From an uncultured Bacilli bacterium (GTDB lineage: Bacteria > Bacillota_I > Bacilli_A > RF39 > UBA660), in NCBI GenBank assembly GCA_947628275.1, contig CANQZD010000044.1:1-52104 (forward strand): a stretch of DNA of 52,104 bases, given 5' to 3'. A program made the translations under genes and the position numbers. Every line of letters starts with the position of its first letter. The stretch's first letter is position 1. The notes below the pieces were generated by a model that was given only the letters and a program-made list of their open reading frames with translations, did no database searches and had not been told where the DNA came from. Positions 1-11,580 of this stretch are shown one piece after another.

Positions 1-3000
1 TTATCAGAAATATCAACACCTTGTAATTTATAAACCATTTGAATTTCTTTTAAGATATATTCTTGAGCAGTAAGTGGATCAGTGACGGCAAGTAACTCTT
101 TTGGTGAAATAACACCTTCAGTTAATTTATCACCGGCTTGAACTGTATCACCAACACTTACTCTTACTTTCATGTTGTAGTTTGTAACATGTTCTCTTGC
201 TTCAACATCATTTTCTACAACAATACGGTGTTTACCATTATCTTCTTTGATACTTGCAACTTTACCTGCAATTTCGGAAATAGTTGCTTTACCTTTTGGA
301 TTACGAGCTTCAAATAATTCTTCAACTCTTGGTAAACCTTGAGTAATATCTTCGCCTGATGCAACACCACCTGAGTGGAAGGTACGCATGGTAAGTTGGG
401 TACCAGGTTCACCAATTGATTGAGCAGCCATAATACCAACAGCTTCACCAGTTTCAACAATATTACCTGTTGCAAGGTTACGACCATAACATTTTTGACA
501 TACACCATTAGGTGTTTTACAAGTTAAGGCACTTCTTATTTCAACTTGAGTTATACCAGCATCAGTAATTTTCTTAACAATATTTTCGGTAATCATTTCA
601 TTTTTATCAATAATTACTTCTTTAGTTTCAGGATTAACTACTTTCTTTGCAGTATATCTACCCAAGATACGTTCAGCAAGTGGTTCAATTACACTACCAT
701 CTTTATCATTAATTAAATCTTTAACAACAACACCTTGGATACTTCCACAATCGCTTTCTTTAACGATGATGTCTTGAACAACTTCAACTAAACGACGAGT
801 TAAATATCCAGAGTCAGCTGTACGTAAAGCCGTATCAGCAGAACCTTTTCTTGAACCATGACTTGATAAGAAGAATTCAGATACGCTTAAACCTTCTGAG
901 AAGTTAGATAATACTGGAATTTCAATAGTAGATCCATCTGGTTTAGCCATTAAACCACGCATACCAGCAAGCTGAGTAAAGTTAGAAATAGAACCACGAG
1001 CTCCAGAATTCATCATCATAAATAATGGATTATCAAAATCACCATCAGCAATTTGTTTTAATTCTTCTTTAATAGTGTCATTAGCTTTATTCCAAATATC
1101 AATAACATTATTATAACGTTCTTCTTCAGTAATTAAACCTCTTGAAAATTGTTTATTAACTTTATCAACTAAAGCTTTAGAATCAGCAATAACTTGAGAT
1201 TTAGTTTTAGAAGGAACGATATCAGCAGCTGATACAGTAATACCAGCTATTGTTGAATATTTAAATCCTAAGTCTTTTAATTTATCAAGGAAAATAGAAG
1301 TTTCAGTAGTTTTATATCTTTTAAATACTTGAGCAATAATTTTACTTAAAGTTCCTTTGACAAATGGTGAACTTAATGGTAAAGCTTTAACAGCTTCAAG
1401 AATATTAGAACCTTTTTCAATAAAGTATTTACTTGGGGTGATACCTTCAATATTTTCTTTAGTTGGTTCATTAATATATGGATAACTGTCTGGTAAAATT
1501 TCATTAAAGATTATTTTACCACAAGTAGTAATTAAATATTTATCCATTTGTTCTTCAGTAAACAATTTATGTTTAAATGATGAAACAGGTAAAACAATTC
1601 TAGTATGTAAAGTTATTTCTTTACGACTATAAGCCATTAATACTTCATTAGAATCTTTATATACTTTACCTTCGTGTTCTTCACCAGCTTTTTCTTGAGT
1701 TAAATAGCAGTTACCTAATACCATATCTTGACTTGGAGTAACAATTGGTTTTCCATCTTTAGGATTTAAGATGTTTTGAGCACCAAGCATTAAAATTCGA
1801 GCTTCAGATTTAGCTTCTTCAGATAATGGTACGTGTACAGCCATTTGGTCACCGTCAAAATCGGCGTTAAAACCTGTACAAACAAGTGGATGCAAACGAA
1901 TAGCTTTACCACCAACTAATTTAGGTTCAAAAGCTTGAATACCTAAACGGTGTAAGGTTGGAGCACGGTTTAACATTACTGGATGTTCAGTAATAACGTC
2001 TTCAACAACATCCCATACACAATCATCTTTAGCGTCAATTAACTTTTTAGCTCCTTTGATGTTATGAGCTAAACCGCGTTCTACTAAACCATGAATAACA
2101 TGAGGTTTAAATAACTCTAAAGCCATATCTTTTGGAATACCACATTGATACATCTTTAAGTTAGGTCCAACAACAATAACACTACGACCAGAATAGTCAA
2201 CACGTTTACCAAGTAAGTTTTGTCTAAAACGACCTTGTTTACCTTTTAACATACTAGATAAGCTCTTTAATGGACGATTTCCAGCTCCACTTACACTACG
2301 ACCACGACGACCATTATCAAGTAAGCTATCAACTGCTTCTTGAAGCATACGTTTTTCATTTTGAACAATAATAGTTGGAGCCCCAAGTTCTAGTAATTTT
2401 TTTAAACGATTATTACGGTTAATAATACGACGATATAAATCATTTAAATCACTGGTAGCAAAACGTCCACCATCTAATTGAATCATTGGTCTTAAATCAG
2501 GTGGAATAACAGGAAGAGCTTCAATAATCATCCATTCAGGGCGATTACCACTCTCTTGGAAAGCAACTAAACAATCTAAACGTTTTACTAAACGAATTCG
2601 TTTTTGACCACTAGCTCCATCAAGTTCATTTCTTAATTCTTCAACTTCTTTGTCAACATCTACTGCTTGTAATAATTCTTTAATAGCTTCAGCACCCATT
2701 CCTACTCTAAAACTATTGCCATATTTTTCATAGTAAGCACGGTACTCTTTATCAGATAAAGTTTGTTTTTTAGCTAAAGGAGCATTACCTGGGTCTAAAA
2801 CAACATAACTAACAAAATATAATACTTCTTCTAGATCTCTTGGACTCATATCTAGAACTAAACCCATCTTAGATGGAACCCCCTTAAAGAACCAAATATG
2901 AGAACAAGGACTAGCAAGTTCAATGTGACCCATTCTTTCTCTTCGAACTTTACTTTTAGTTACTTCAACACCACAACGGTCACATACAACATTTTTATAA

Positions 3001-3206
3001 CGTAATCTTTTATATTTTCCACAAGAACATTCATAATCTTTAGTTGGTCCAAAAATCTTTTCACAGAATAAGCCATCACGTTCAGGTTTTAAAGTACGAT
3101 AATTGATAGTTTCGGGTTTTTTAACTTCACCATAAGACCAAGAACGAATATCCTCTGGAGATGCAAGAGAAACTTTAATTCCTTTAAAATTATTTACTTC
3201 TATCAT
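1..3206 (-). CDS. rpoC: DNA-directed RNA polymerase subunit beta' (N-terminal about 1068 codons; 3' end lies beyond the window start)
   Basis: Absent from the ORF track because the frame runs off the window. My translation from ATG 3206..3204 gives [83 protein letters not shown], the canonical beta' N-terminus with Zn-ribbon cysteines. The same frame at positions 3..104 reads ...[38 protein letters not shown] overlap with the rpoB stop. Confidence 0.95.
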   Translation of the reverse strand, partial: MIEVNNFKGIKVSLASPEDIRSWSYGEVKKPETINYRTLKPERDGLFCEKIFGPTKDYECSCGKYKRLRYKNVVCDRCGVEVTKSKVRRERMGHIELASPCSHIWFFKGVPSKMGLVLDMSPRDLEEVLYFVSYVVLDPGNAPLAKKQTLSDKEYRAYYEKYGNSFRVGMGAEAIKELLQAVDVDKEVEELRNELDGASGQKRIRLVKRLDCLVAFQESGNRPEWMIIEALPVIPPDLRPMIQLDGGRFATSDLNDLYRRIINRNNRLKKLLELGAPTIIVQNEKRMLQEAVDSLLDNGRRGRSVSGAGNRPLKSLSSMLKGKQGRFRQNLLGKRVDYSGRSVIVVGPNLKMYQCGIPKDMALELFKPHVIHGLVERGLAHNIKGAKKLIDAKDDCVWDVVEDVITEHPVMLNRAPTLHRLGIQAFEPKLVGGKAIRLHPLVCTGFNADFDGDQMAVHVPLSEEAKSEARILMLGAQNILNPKDGKPIVTPSQDMVLGNCYLTQEKAGEEHEGKVYKDSNEVLMAYSRKEITLHTRIVLPVSSFKHKLFTEEQMDKYLITTCGKIIFNEILPDSYPYINEPTKENIEGITPSKYFIEKGSNILEAVKALPLSSPFVKGTLSKIIAQVFKRYKTTETSIFLDKLKDLGFKYSTIAGITVSAADIVPSKTKSQVIADSKALVDKVNKQFSRGLITEEERYNNVIDIWNKANDTIKEELKQIADGDFDNPLFMMMNSGARGSISNFTQLAGMRGLMAKPDGSTIEIPVLSNFSEGLSVSEFFLSSHGSRKGSADTALRTADSGYLTRRLVEVVQDIIVKESDCGSIQGVVVKDLINDKDGSVIEPLAERILGRYTAKKVVNPETKEVIIDKNEMITENIVKKITDAGITQVEIRSALTCKTPNGVCQKCYGRNLATGNIVETGEAVGIMAAQSIGEPGTQLTMRTFHSGGVASGEDITQGLPRVEELFEARNPKGKATISEIAGKVASIKEDNGKHRIVVENDVEAREHVTNYNMKVRVSVGDTVQAGDKLTEGVISPKELLAVTDPLTAQEYILKEIQMVYKLQGVDISD

Positions 3207-6200
3207 AAAATCTCACCACCCATATTATCTTCTTCACTATCTAAATCAATATCACCTGGAAATTCTAAATCATCTAAATCTTTTTCGTATTCTTCTTCCA
3301 TATCATCAGATTTAAAATCATCATCTTCTTGCAGTTCTTCCATATCATCTTTTAAGATATCATTATTTAAATCTATTTCATCAATACGAATCAAATCTTC
3401 TTTATCTTCTTCTTTTTCAATATCTTTTAAGGCTAAGACTTCATCATCATTATTAATAATTTGAACATTTAAACCTAAAGCTTGGAATTCTTTGATTAAT
3501 ACTCTAAATGATTCTGGAACACCAGCTTGATTAACAGTTTTACCTTTTACTAAAGCTTCATAAACTTTAACACGACCAATAACATCATCAGATTTAATAG
3601 TAAGAATTTCTTGTAAGACATGAGCTGCACCATAAGCATATAAGGCCCAAACTTCCATTTCACCAAATCTTTGACCACCCATTTGAGCTTTACCACCTAA
3701 AGGTTGTTGAGTAACCAAACTATATGGACCAGTTGCTCTAGCATGTAATTTATCATCAACCATGTGATGTAATTTAATCATATACATGACACCAACATTA
3801 ACTTTATGTTCAAATGGTTCACCAGTACGACCATTAATAAGGGTTACTTTTCCATCTTCTGGCATACCAGCTTCTGCCATTTCTTCATGAATATCTTCTA
3901 GGTTAGCTCCGTCAAATACTGGAGTTGCATAATGAACGCCTAATTTTTTACCAGCCATTCCTAAATGAACTTCTAAGATTTGACCAATGTTCATACGTGA
4001 TGGAACACCTAATGGATTTAACATGATATCTACTGGTGTACCATCTGGTAAATATGGCATATCTTCTTCTGGTAAGACTAATGAGATAACACCTTTATTA
4101 CCATGACGTCCACTCATTTTGTCACCAACTTGAATTTTACGTTTTTGAATAATGTATACTCGAACTAATTTAAATACGCCAGCAGGTAATTCATCAGAAT
4201 TTTCTTTAGTATATACTTTAACATCATGAACTATACCAGCAGCACCATGCTCTACTTTCAAAGATGTATCTCTTACTTCCCGAGTTTTCTCTCCAAAAAT
4301 CGCATGTAATAATTTTTCTTCACTAGTAAGTTCTTGAACACCTTTAGGAGTTACTTTACCAACTAAAATATCTCCTTCTTTAACTTCAGTACCAATTCTT
4401 ACAATACCATCAGCATCTAAGTTACGACGAGATTCTTCACTAACATTTGGAATATCTCTCGTAATTTCTTCAGGTCCTAGTTTAGTATCACGACATTCAA
4501 TTTCATAAGTTTCAATATGTAGTGATGTATAAACATCATCTTTAATTAATCTTTCATTTAAGATAACGGCATCTTCATAGTTAAAACCATTATAAGTCAT
4601 GAATGCAACAGTCATATTTTTACCTAAAGCAAGTTCACCTTGATCAGTACTTGGACCATCAGCAATAACTTGACCAGATACAACTTTATCACCTTTTTTA
4701 ACTAAAGGAACATGATTGATACAAGATGAGGCATTACTTCTTTCATAATTTGCTAAGTAATAGGTATCTAATCCTTTAGCTGTTTTAACTCTAATTGTTT
4801 TAGCATCAGCATATTCAACAACACCGTCAGCTTTACAAACAATAGTACTTCCTGAGTATTTAGCTGCTACACATTCAACACCAGTACCAACAATTGGAGC
4901 TTCAGTCTTTAATAGTGGTACAGCTTGACGTTGCATGTTAGAACCCATTAGAGTACGGTTAGCATCGTCGTAGTTTAAGAATGGAATACAACTTGTTGTA
5001 ATAGAAACAACTTGACTTGGTGAGACATCCACAAAATTAACTTTTTCACGGGGAACAAAGATATTATCACCATTAATACGTACAACAACACTATCATCGA
5101 CAATCCGATTATTTTCATCTAAATTAACAGTTGCTTGAGAAATATAGTAATCAGCTTCTTCATCAGCAGTCATATAAACTACATCATCCATTTGAACTAC
5201 CCCATCAATAACTTTACGATAAGGAGTCATAATAAAGCCATATTCATTTACTTTAGCATAACCAGCTAAAGAAGTAATTAAACCAATGTTTTGACCTTCT
5301 GGACTTTCTACTGGACAGATACGACCATAGTGACTAGCATTAACATCACGAACATCCATACCAGCACGGTCTCTTGATAATCCACCAGGTCCTAAGCTTG
5401 ATAAACGTCGTTTATCAGTTAACTCAGCAATTGGGTTAATTTGGTCCATGAATTTTGATAATTGACTTGAACCAAAGAATTCTTTTAAAACAGCAGTAAC
5501 GGGACGAATATTAATTAATGATTTAGGAGTAATATCAGTCATTTCTTGAGTAGTCATACGTTCACGGATAACTCTTTCCATTCTTGACATACCAATTTTA
5601 AATTGATTTTGAATTAATTCGCCAACTTGTCTTACCCGACGATTACCTAAATGGTCAATTTCGTCAGTAGTACCAATACCATCTTGTAAATTTAAGTAAT
5701 AGCTAATTGCAGCATAAATATCGGGAATTGTTAAACGTCTTTCATCAACGCTTTGATCAACACCAATAATTTTAATTATTTTCTTTGGATCATTTTTATC
5801 AAAGACTTTTATTTCTTGAACATTTTCATATGAATCTAATTCTTGATTAATAATTGTTTTATGTAAGCCATAACCGCCTTCTAAAACATCTTTAATACTA
5901 TCTAAAATTTCTTTGGTAATAACAGTTCCTTTTTTAACTATTACTTCTTTATCTACTTTAATATCTTCAGCAATACTACAGCCCATTAATCGATTTTTTA
6001 TATTTAATTTCTTATTAAATTTATAACGGCCAACTTTAGCTAAATCATAACGGAAATGGTCAAAGAAGCGAGTTACAATATGGTTCTTTGCTGAATCAAG
6101 GGTTGCTGGTTCACCTGGACGCAACTTTTCATATATTTCAATTAAAGCTTCATCGGTATTTTTAGAACTATCTTTTTCAATTGTATTATTCAAATAAACA

Positions 6201-6841
6201 TTGTCGCCAAAAACGCTTTTAATATCTTCATCACTTGATAAACCTAAAGCTCTTAAAAAAGTTGTAACAGGGACTTTTCTAGTTCGGTCAATTCGAACAT
6301 ACATAACATCACGAGCATCAAGTTCAAATTCTAACCAAGTACCACGGTTAGGAATCATTTCTCCAGTTATAATTGGTCTACCATTTTTATCTATTTCATG
6401 TTTAAAATAAACACTTGGACTACGAACTAATTGAGATACAATAACTCTTTCAGCTCCGTTAATAATGAATGTTCCAGCATCAGTCATTAAAGGCATGTCA
6501 CCTAAGAAAATTTCTTGTTCTTTAACTTCTCCAGTTTCATGAATAAATACTCTAGCTAAAACTTTTAAAGGTGCAGCATAAGTAACCATCCGTTCTTTTG
6601 CTTCTTTAATAGAATATCTAGGTGTATCAAAAGAATAGTCACCAAAATCAATCGTGACATTACCAGTAAAAGATTCTACTGGAAATAATTCTTCAAAAAC
6701 TTCTTTAATACCAGTTTCTAAAAATTCCTGATAACTTTTCTTTTGAATTTCTAATAAGTCAGACAACTCCATTGTATTCTTACTTTTAGAAAAACTTCTT
6801 CTTGTACGATAATCTCCACATTTTTTTAGTTTATAAGCCAC
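3203..6841 (-). CDS. rpoB: DNA-directed RNA polymerase subunit beta
   Basis: 1212-aa ORF with typical RpoB blocks (RRSFSK...[49 protein letters not shown]). GTG start preceded by GGGGTGA. Acidic C-terminal tail. Confidence 0.97.
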   Translation of the reverse strand: MAYKLKKCGDYRTRRSFSKSKNTMELSDLLEIQKKSYQEFLETGIKEVFEELFPVESFTGNVTIDFGDYSFDTPRYSIKEAKERMVTYAAPLKVLARVFIHETGEVKEQEIFLGDMPLMTDAGTFIINGAERVIVSQLVRSPSVYFKHEIDKNGRPIITGEMIPNRGTWLEFELDARDVMYVRIDRTRKVPVTTFLRALGLSSDEDIKSVFGDNVYLNNTIEKDSSKNTDEALIEIYEKLRPGEPATLDSAKNHIVTRFFDHFRYDLAKVGRYKFNKKLNIKNRLMGCSIAEDIKVDKEVIVKKGTVITKEILDSIKDVLEGGYGLHKTIINQELDSYENVQEIKVFDKNDPKKIIKIIGVDQSVDERRLTIPDIYAAISYYLNLQDGIGTTDEIDHLGNRRVRQVGELIQNQFKIGMSRMERVIRERMTTQEMTDITPKSLINIRPVTAVLKEFFGSSQLSKFMDQINPIAELTDKRRLSSLGPGGLSRDRAGMDVRDVNASHYGRICPVESPEGQNIGLITSLAGYAKVNEYGFIMTPYRKVIDGVVQMDDVVYMTADEEADYYISQATVNLDENNRIVDDSVVVRINGDNIFVPREKVNFVDVSPSQVVSITTSCIPFLNYDDANRTLMGSNMQRQAVPLLKTEAPIVGTGVECVAAKYSGSTIVCKADGVVEYADAKTIRVKTAKGLDTYYLANYERSNASSCINHVPLVKKGDKVVSGQVIADGPSTDQGELALGKNMTVAFMTYNGFNYEDAVILNERLIKDDVYTSLHIETYEIECRDTKLGPEEITRDIPNVSEESRRNLDADGIVRIGTEVKEGDILVGKVTPKGVQELTSEEKLLHAIFGEKTREVRDTSLKVEHGAAGIVHDVKVYTKENSDELPAGVFKLVRVYIIQKRKIQVGDKMSGRHGNKGVISLVLPEEDMPYLPDGTPVDIMLNPLGVPSRMNIGQILEVHLGMAGKKLGVHYATPVFDGANLEDIHEEMAEAGMPEDGKVTLINGRTGEPFEHKVNVGVMYMIKLHHMVDDKLHARATGPYSLVTQQPLGGKAQMGGQRFGEMEVWALYAYGAAHVLQEILTIKSDDVIGRVKVYEALVKGKTVNQAGVPESFRVLIKEFQALGLNVQIINNDDEVLALKDIEKEEDKEDLIRIDEIDLNNDILKDDMEELQEDDDFKSDDMEEEYEKDLDDLEFPGDIDLDSEEDNMGGEIL

Positions 6842-6902
6842 AATTTCACCCCATCCATCTATTTTTTGCTTAATAAAAAATTAAACATGTCGCCAATATG
6901 AA

Positions 6903-6931
6903 ATTATAAAGGCATTACAAGTATTTGTCAA
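6903..6931 (-). promoter_or_regulatory. Consensus sigma-A type promoter upstream of rpoB
   Basis: Minus strand reads TTGACA (6931..6926), a 17-nt spacer, then TATAAT (6908..6903). It overlaps the stop of the upstream methyltransferase gene. Confidence 0.6.
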
Positions 6932-7518
6932 TCAATTTTTGCTTTAATTACGTAAAAACCTTTTGATTTAGCTATTATTTCACATTTATATTGTAAACTA
7001 AGATTTTTTAAGATACTTAATGCTCCTTGATCTTTTCTAATAACGCAGTAAAGACAGCCATTAGGATTTAAATGTTCTTTAGCGCCATTTAATATTTCTA
7101 ACACAATTTTTTTGCCAGCTCTTATTGGCGGATTAGTTACGATTAAATCAAATTTGTCATAAACATTTTCATAGCAATTAGAGACAATAGCTTGACCGGT
7201 TATTTTATTTTTTTTAATATTTTTTTCGCATAAATGAACGGCTCGTTCGTTTATATCAACCATTAAACTAGAACAAGATGTTAATTTACTTAAAACGATA
7301 CCAATAAAACCATAACCACAACCAACATCAAGCAAGCTTTGAAATTTTTCTTTACTTTTTAAAAGGCAATCAACTAATAAGCGACTTCCATAATCAATAT
7401 GATTTTTAGAAAATACGCCTAAATCACTAAAAAAAGTGAAAACAACGTTATTTTTTTCAAAATTAATTGTTCTCATTTCACTTTTTAAATCTTTATTATT
7501 AGTGAAGTAATGTTCCAA
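6928..7518 (-). CDS. Class I SAM-dependent RNA methyltransferase, RsmC/YbxB-like (MTS domain)
   Basis: Motif I LLDVGCGYGFIG and motif IV IVTNPPIRAG. It sits directly upstream of rpoB, as ybxB does in Bacillus subtilis. TTG start with AGGTGA 4 nt upstream. Confidence 0.75.
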   Translation of the reverse strand: MEHYFTNNKDLKSEMRTINFEKNNVVFTFFSDLGVFSKNHIDYGSRLLVDCLLKSKEKFQSLLDVGCGYGFIGIVLSKLTSCSSLMVDINERAVHLCEKNIKKNKITGQAIVSNCYENVYDKFDLIVTNPPIRAGKKIVLEILNGAKEHLNPNGCLYCVIRKDQGALSILKNLSLQYKCEIIAKSKGFYVIKAKID

Positions 7519-7593
7519 ATAATCACCTATTTCATTAATGTTGCTAATTACATCTAATATGAGTAAAAAGTTTTTAAATAATAATTAGTTAAG

Positions 7594-8196
7594 TTACTCT
7601 ATAGCTGAACCTATCACATTTATACTTGCTTCAAAATTTTGCCCTTCAACTTCATTACCAGCTTCATCAGATATCCATAAATATAAATTATAAGTTGTTT
7701 CCCCACCATTAGTTATACTTTCACCAACTTTGGTTCCTCCACTAAGAACTCCAGTATCTAAAATATAAGATGTATCTAAATTGTCAATTTTTAAATTTTT
7801 AGTTTCGGGATTTATAACTTTTAATTCTTGACCAACTGTTGGTTTTTCTTCACCTGTTTTATATAAAGCATATTTAATGTTTCCTACACCTAATGTATTA
7901 GTTTTCAATGTATTTAGTGTTAAAGTATATTTATTTTTAATAGTACAAGTATTAGTTATTGTAAAGGTATATGGATTACCATTTAAACCAGCCACATCAG
8001 TAGTAGGATATGTATTAGTTAAATTAATACTTGGACTACTTTCCGTAAAGCCAATACTAAAACAACCGACATTTACTTCATTTTCACCAGTCTGAGATTC
8101 AGTCATAATCCATAATGCATAAGATTGAGTGACATATAAACAACCTATTAACATTAAGCCTATTACTAATAATGATATTTTATATCTTAATTTCAT
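7594..8196 (-). CDS. Exported hypothetical protein, N-terminal signal anchor, two conserved Cys; paralog of 47277..47753
   Basis: N-terminal hydrophobic segment ending SYALW. Shares the blocks YTFTITNTC / TLTLNTLKTNT / TTYNLYLW...EGQNFEA with the 158-aa protein at 47277..47753. Confidence 0.5.
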   Translation of the reverse strand: MKLRYKISLLVIGLMLIGCLYVTQSYALWIMTESQTGENEVNVGCFSIGFTESSPSINLTNTYPTTDVAGLNGNPYTFTITNTCTIKNKYTLTLNTLKTNTLGVGNIKYALYKTGEEKPTVGQELKVINPETKNLKIDNLDTSYILDTGVLSGGTKVGESITNGGETTYNLYLWISDEAGNEVEGQNFEASINVIGSAIE

Positions 8197-8228
8197 ATTA
8201 CCAATCCCTATTCTTTAAAACTATATTA

Positions 8229-8257
8229 AGTATATAATATTTTTTGGTTATTATCAA
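8229..8257 (-). promoter_or_regulatory. Sigma-A type promoter for the 200-aa exported protein gene
   Basis: Minus strand reads TTGATA (8257..8252), a 17-nt spacer, then TATACT (8234..8229). Confidence 0.45.
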
Positions 8258-8294
8258 GATTGTTAAATCAAAATATGTGAAAAAATGTTAATTT

Positions 8295-9593
8295 TTATGA
8301 TTTAGTTTTTATTGATTTAAATAATTTAGTCCAAAGCTTTTCAGCTGAATAATTTAATATTCCTACTTTATAGATTCGTAAACCATATTTAAAGATAATA
8401 AAAGTAAAGATACCACAGATACCTGTTGTTAATATTAATTCGATTAGTGTTACTTGACCTAAAGCAAATAATATTGGCGATAATAAAAAGGATATCATTG
8501 GAATAAAGGAAGCAATTTTAATAAAGATGGAACCTTCAAAAGTAGTTGCCATCAAAGCTAGATAATAACCTAAGACTAAAATTATCATTAATGGCATCTG
8601 AAGCTGTTGAAAGTCTTCAGTACTAGTTGTCATAGACGCTAGAACTCCAGAAATAATAGCATAAGCTAAGAATGAAAAAATAAATAAGATAATAATAATT
8701 GGTATGCCTTTTAATAAGGAACTACTTATGCCTAAAGTTTTAATCATTTGCACAAGACTTTCTAATTCGGTTTTTCCTAAACTTAAAGAACCATTAATAA
8801 CAATTCTAATTAAAAAGGCTACTAGAGCATAGCAAAGAATTAGGCTACCTTGAATTATGACAAATAATATAGCTGATAAAATTTTAGTTAAAAAATGGAT
8901 TTTAGGCGGGACATTAGAAATAATTATTTCCATACTTCTTGTAGATTTTTCATCATTAATTTCAGCCCCAATCATTTGTACAAGTAAAGTAATTAATAAA
9001 AAGCAAGGAAGGATAAACAGTAACATAATTCCAACTGAAGCATACTCTTTGTTAGCTGTGTTGTTAGTATTTAAAGTGTTTATTTCAATATTAACCGGAC
9101 TTGTTAAAGCCATCATTTCTTCGGCAGTTAAATTATTTTTTTCAGCAACTATTTGCGTTTTTATATTATTTAAAGAAGAAGAAATTAATTCTTTAGTAAT
9201 GTTTCCTACTTCATTATAACTGATTATTTTACCCGCAAGATAATTATTATTATCACTATCGATAACTAAAACAACTTTATTTAAATCGTTTTCTAAATTG
9301 GCAGTTAATTGTTCTATACTTTCCAAAGATGCTTCTAGTTGATAGTTTTTCATATCTAAAGATTTAGCTTTATTATTAAAATCTAAGGCAAAATTATCAT
9401 AAACATTTAATTTATCTATAACATAAATAGTTGTTAAGTCTTCAAAGTCACCACCAAAGAAAGTAATAATTTTATCAATATTAAATAAGCCAATTAGTAA
9501 AATAGCAATGATAACATTAGCAATTTTAAACCATTTAGTGCCAATTTTTTTATTGAGACTCTGTTTAATTAAAAATTTAAATTTGTTCTTCAT
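8295..9593 (-). CDS. ABC-2 type transporter permease (NatB/YhaP-like)
   Basis: N-terminal TM segment, a large extracytoplasmic loop, then five or more C-terminal TM segments. Overlaps the upstream ATPase gene. The track start is 9602, but ATG 9593 has AGGTG 6 nt upstream. Confidence 0.7.
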   Translation of the reverse strand: MKNKFKFLIKQSLNKKIGTKWFKIANVIIAILLIGLFNIDKIITFFGGDFEDLTTIYVIDKLNVYDNFALDFNNKAKSLDMKNYQLEASLESIEQLTANLENDLNKVVLVIDSDNNNYLAGKIISYNEVGNITKELISSSLNNIKTQIVAEKNNLTAEEMMALTSPVNIEINTLNTNNTANKEYASVGIMLLFILPCFLLITLLVQMIGAEINDEKSTRSMEIIISNVPPKIHFLTKILSAILFVIIQGSLILCYALVAFLIRIVINGSLSLGKTELESLVQMIKTLGISSSLLKGIPIIIILFIFSFLAYAIISGVLASMTTSTEDFQQLQMPLMIILVLGYYLALMATTFEGSIFIKIASFIPMISFLLSPILFALGQVTLIELILTTGICGIFTFIIFKYGLRIYKVGILNYSAEKLWTKLFKSIKTKS

Positions 9594-10482
9594 AATATGC
9601 ACCTACTTTACTTAAAAATATTTCATTTAATGAAGGATCTTCCACCATAAATTTAATAATATTTTGACTATTTTTAACAACATTAAAAACGTCATTTATA
9701 TATTTTTCATCAGAAATTTTAACAATAATTTCATTAGCATTATTAACTATCTCTACTACACCAGTAACATTTTGTAATTTATTTAGATTAACATCGCCAA
9801 TAATGTGAATATTTTTCTTACGATAATCTTTTTTGATTTTTTTGATACTTCCTTCTAAAACACTTTTACCTTTAACTAATACAACTAAATTATCACAAAA
9901 CATTTCGACATGTTCCATTCGATGGGAAGAAAAAATTATGATTTTTTGTCGTTCTTTCATTTCTTTCATAACTTTAACAAATTCTTCGACATTAAGAGGG
10001 TCTAAACCAGTAAATGGTTCATCAAGAATTAATAGTTTAGGATCATGAATGATGGCACTGATAAACTGAATTTTCTGTTGATTTCCTTTACTTAATTCTT
10101 TGATTTTCCGGTCTTTGTATTCACTTATATGAAATCGTTTTAACCAATAATCTAACTTTTCTAAAATAGTTTCTTTATTCATACCTTTTAAAGTTCCATA
10201 CATTATAATCTGTTCTTTAACGGTTAATTTGGTTAGTAAGCTTCTTTCCTCAGTTAAAAAGCCAATTTGATCAGTAAGATTATAATCAATAGGTTTATCG
10301 TCTAAAGTAACCTTGCCATTTGTTTGATTAAGTAAACCAATAATCATTCGAAAAGTAGTGGTCTTGCCAGCTCCATTTACCCCTAATAAGCCAAATATTT
10401 CGCCTTCCCTAACAGTTAGAGATAAATTATCAACAGCTAAGTTATCACCATAATATTTTGTTACGTTTTCTAATTTTAACAT
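9577..10482 (-). CDS. ABC transporter ATP-binding protein (NatA/YhaQ-like)
   Basis: Walker A GVNGAGKTT, signature LSKGNQQK, Walker B LLILDEPFTGLD. Confidence 0.85.
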   Translation of the reverse strand: MLKLENVTKYYGDNLAVDNLSLTVREGEIFGLLGVNGAGKTTTFRMIIGLLNQTNGKVTLDDKPIDYNLTDQIGFLTEERSLLTKLTVKEQIIMYGTLKGMNKETILEKLDYWLKRFHISEYKDRKIKELSKGNQQKIQFISAIIHDPKLLILDEPFTGLDPLNVEEFVKVMKEMKERQKIIIFSSHRMEHVEMFCDNLVVLVKGKSVLEGSIKKIKKDYRKKNIHIIGDVNLNKLQNVTGVVEIVNNANEIIVKISDEKYINDVFNVVKNSQNIIKFMVEDPSLNEIFLSKVGAYYEEQI

Positions 10483-10517
10483 ATTAAGCCTCTTTCTATT
10501 ATGAAAAAAATTAATGA

Positions 10518-11045
10518 TTAAAAGCTCATTAATTCATTTTCTTTTTCTTTTAAATGTTCATCAACAATTTTATTATATTTATTAATTAATTCTTGGATAT
10601 CTTCAAGTTCTAACTTCTCTTCATCTTCTGGAAATTCTAATTTTTTAATTTCATTATTAGCATCTTGACGAATATTTCTTAAAGCAACTTTAGCTTCTTC
10701 ACAAACACTTTTAGCTTCTTTAACATAATCTTTTCGTTTATCTTCTGTAAGTTCTGGAACAGTTAAAATAATAATTTCTCCATTATTAATTGGGGTAATT
10801 CCAATATTAGCCTCATTAATAGCTCTTTCAATGTCTTTTAGGGTACTGCGATCAAATGGTTTTACCATTAGTTGTCTAGCTTCAGGGACCGTGATATTAG
10901 CTAGGCTTTGAATAGGAGTTGGAACATCGTAATACATAACATTGATGCCATTTAGCATACTAGGATTAGCACGACCAGCCCGGATATTTAACAATTTGTT
11001 TTCTAAAGCTGTTATGGCTTTTTGCATTTTTTCTTCAGTATTCAT
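10518..11045 (-). CDS. frr: Ribosome recycling factor
   Basis: 175 aa. LNIRAGRANPSMLNGINVMYYDVPTPI..., RQLMVKPFD and ALRNIRQDAN are characteristic of Frr. Confidence 0.92.
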   Translation of the reverse strand: MNTEEKMQKAITALENKLLNIRAGRANPSMLNGINVMYYDVPTPIQSLANITVPEARQLMVKPFDRSTLKDIERAINEANIGITPINNGEIIILTVPELTEDKRKDYVKEAKSVCEEAKVALRNIRQDANNEIKKLEFPEDEEKLELEDIQELINKYNKIVDEHLKEKENELMSF

Positions 11046-11082
11046 ATAAACCTTCTTTCTATTTCATTTTAACACATCTTAA

Positions 11083-11580
11083 TTAATTTGCCAAAAAATT
11101 TTGAATAGCTTCATCTCGTTCAATACCTAAAATTGTACTATCAATCATGCCATCTTTAATTTTAATAATTAAGGGCGTTAAATCAATATTTTCTTTAATT
11201 TTTTCTTCTTTATTAGCTAACTGTTCAACTAAAGTACGATTTTCATTATAAGTATCTCGTTCAACATAATAAATGGGAAGACTTATATCTTTCATCAAAT
11301 AATCTTTAGCCATTAATTCATTACAATTCTGACAATTACTTCTTGTAAAAATCACAATAAAGTTTTCTTTATTTTGCATTTTATTAAGCATTTCATCTAA
11401 ACTCATTTTTATAGCATAAGGATTATCATACCATACTTCTTTTTTTAAATCTCCACCAAAAGTAGTATTATTGGCATTGGGATCACTAGGAATAAAATGA
11501 AGCATTATTTGATCGCCAAAAAAGACTAAAATTAGAACAACAATAACAATTACGCAATAAATTTTTTCTTCCTTTTTCAT
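11083..11580 (-). CDS. Membrane-anchored thioredoxin-like protein (CxxC present)
   Basis: N-terminal TM segment, then IVIFTRSNCQNCNEL (CQNC redox motif in a thioredoxin-like context). ATGA overlap with the upstream gene. Confidence 0.55.
   Translation of the reverse strand: MKKEEKIYCVIVIVVLILVFFGDQIMLHFIPSDPNANNTTFGGDLKKEVWYDNPYAIKMSLDEMLNKMQNKENFIVIFTRSNCQNCNELMAKDYLMKDISLPIYYVERDTYNENRTLVEQLANKEEKIKENIDLTPLIIKIKDGMIDSTILGIERDEAIQNFLAN

Noticed and set aside
215-508. 97-aa minus-strand ORF, the only ORF listed in the first 3.2 kb
   Set aside because: It lies in an alternative frame inside rpoC. Its product is low-complexity (V/L/K/Q-rich), and the rpoC frame translates to canonical beta' sequence throughout the parts I checked.
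3203-3420. About 70-residue D/E-rich C-terminal tail of RpoB
   Set aside because: It looked unusual at first, but B. subtilis and other Bacillota RpoB proteins also end in an acidic tail of similar length. This is not novel.
8857-9219. 120-aa plus-strand ORF. Similar antisense ORFs occur at 6201..6410, 7877..8095, 9833..10048, 15835..16194, 19904..20107, 26047..26433, 26634..26825, 29049..29294, 34204..34416, 44143..44439 and 46720..46929
   Set aside because: All are fully nested antisense to well-supported genes. They have no ribosome-binding sites and their products are hydrophobic or low-complexity. Such ORFs are expected in AT-rich DNA where the antisense frames are stop-poor.
10518-11045. 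frr found away from the usual tsf-pyrH-frr-uppS cluster and apparently co-transcribed with the NatAB-like ABC genes
   Set aside because: This is a gene-order rearrangement of a housekeeping gene. The frr gene is intact and typical, and nothing in the sequence points to new biology.
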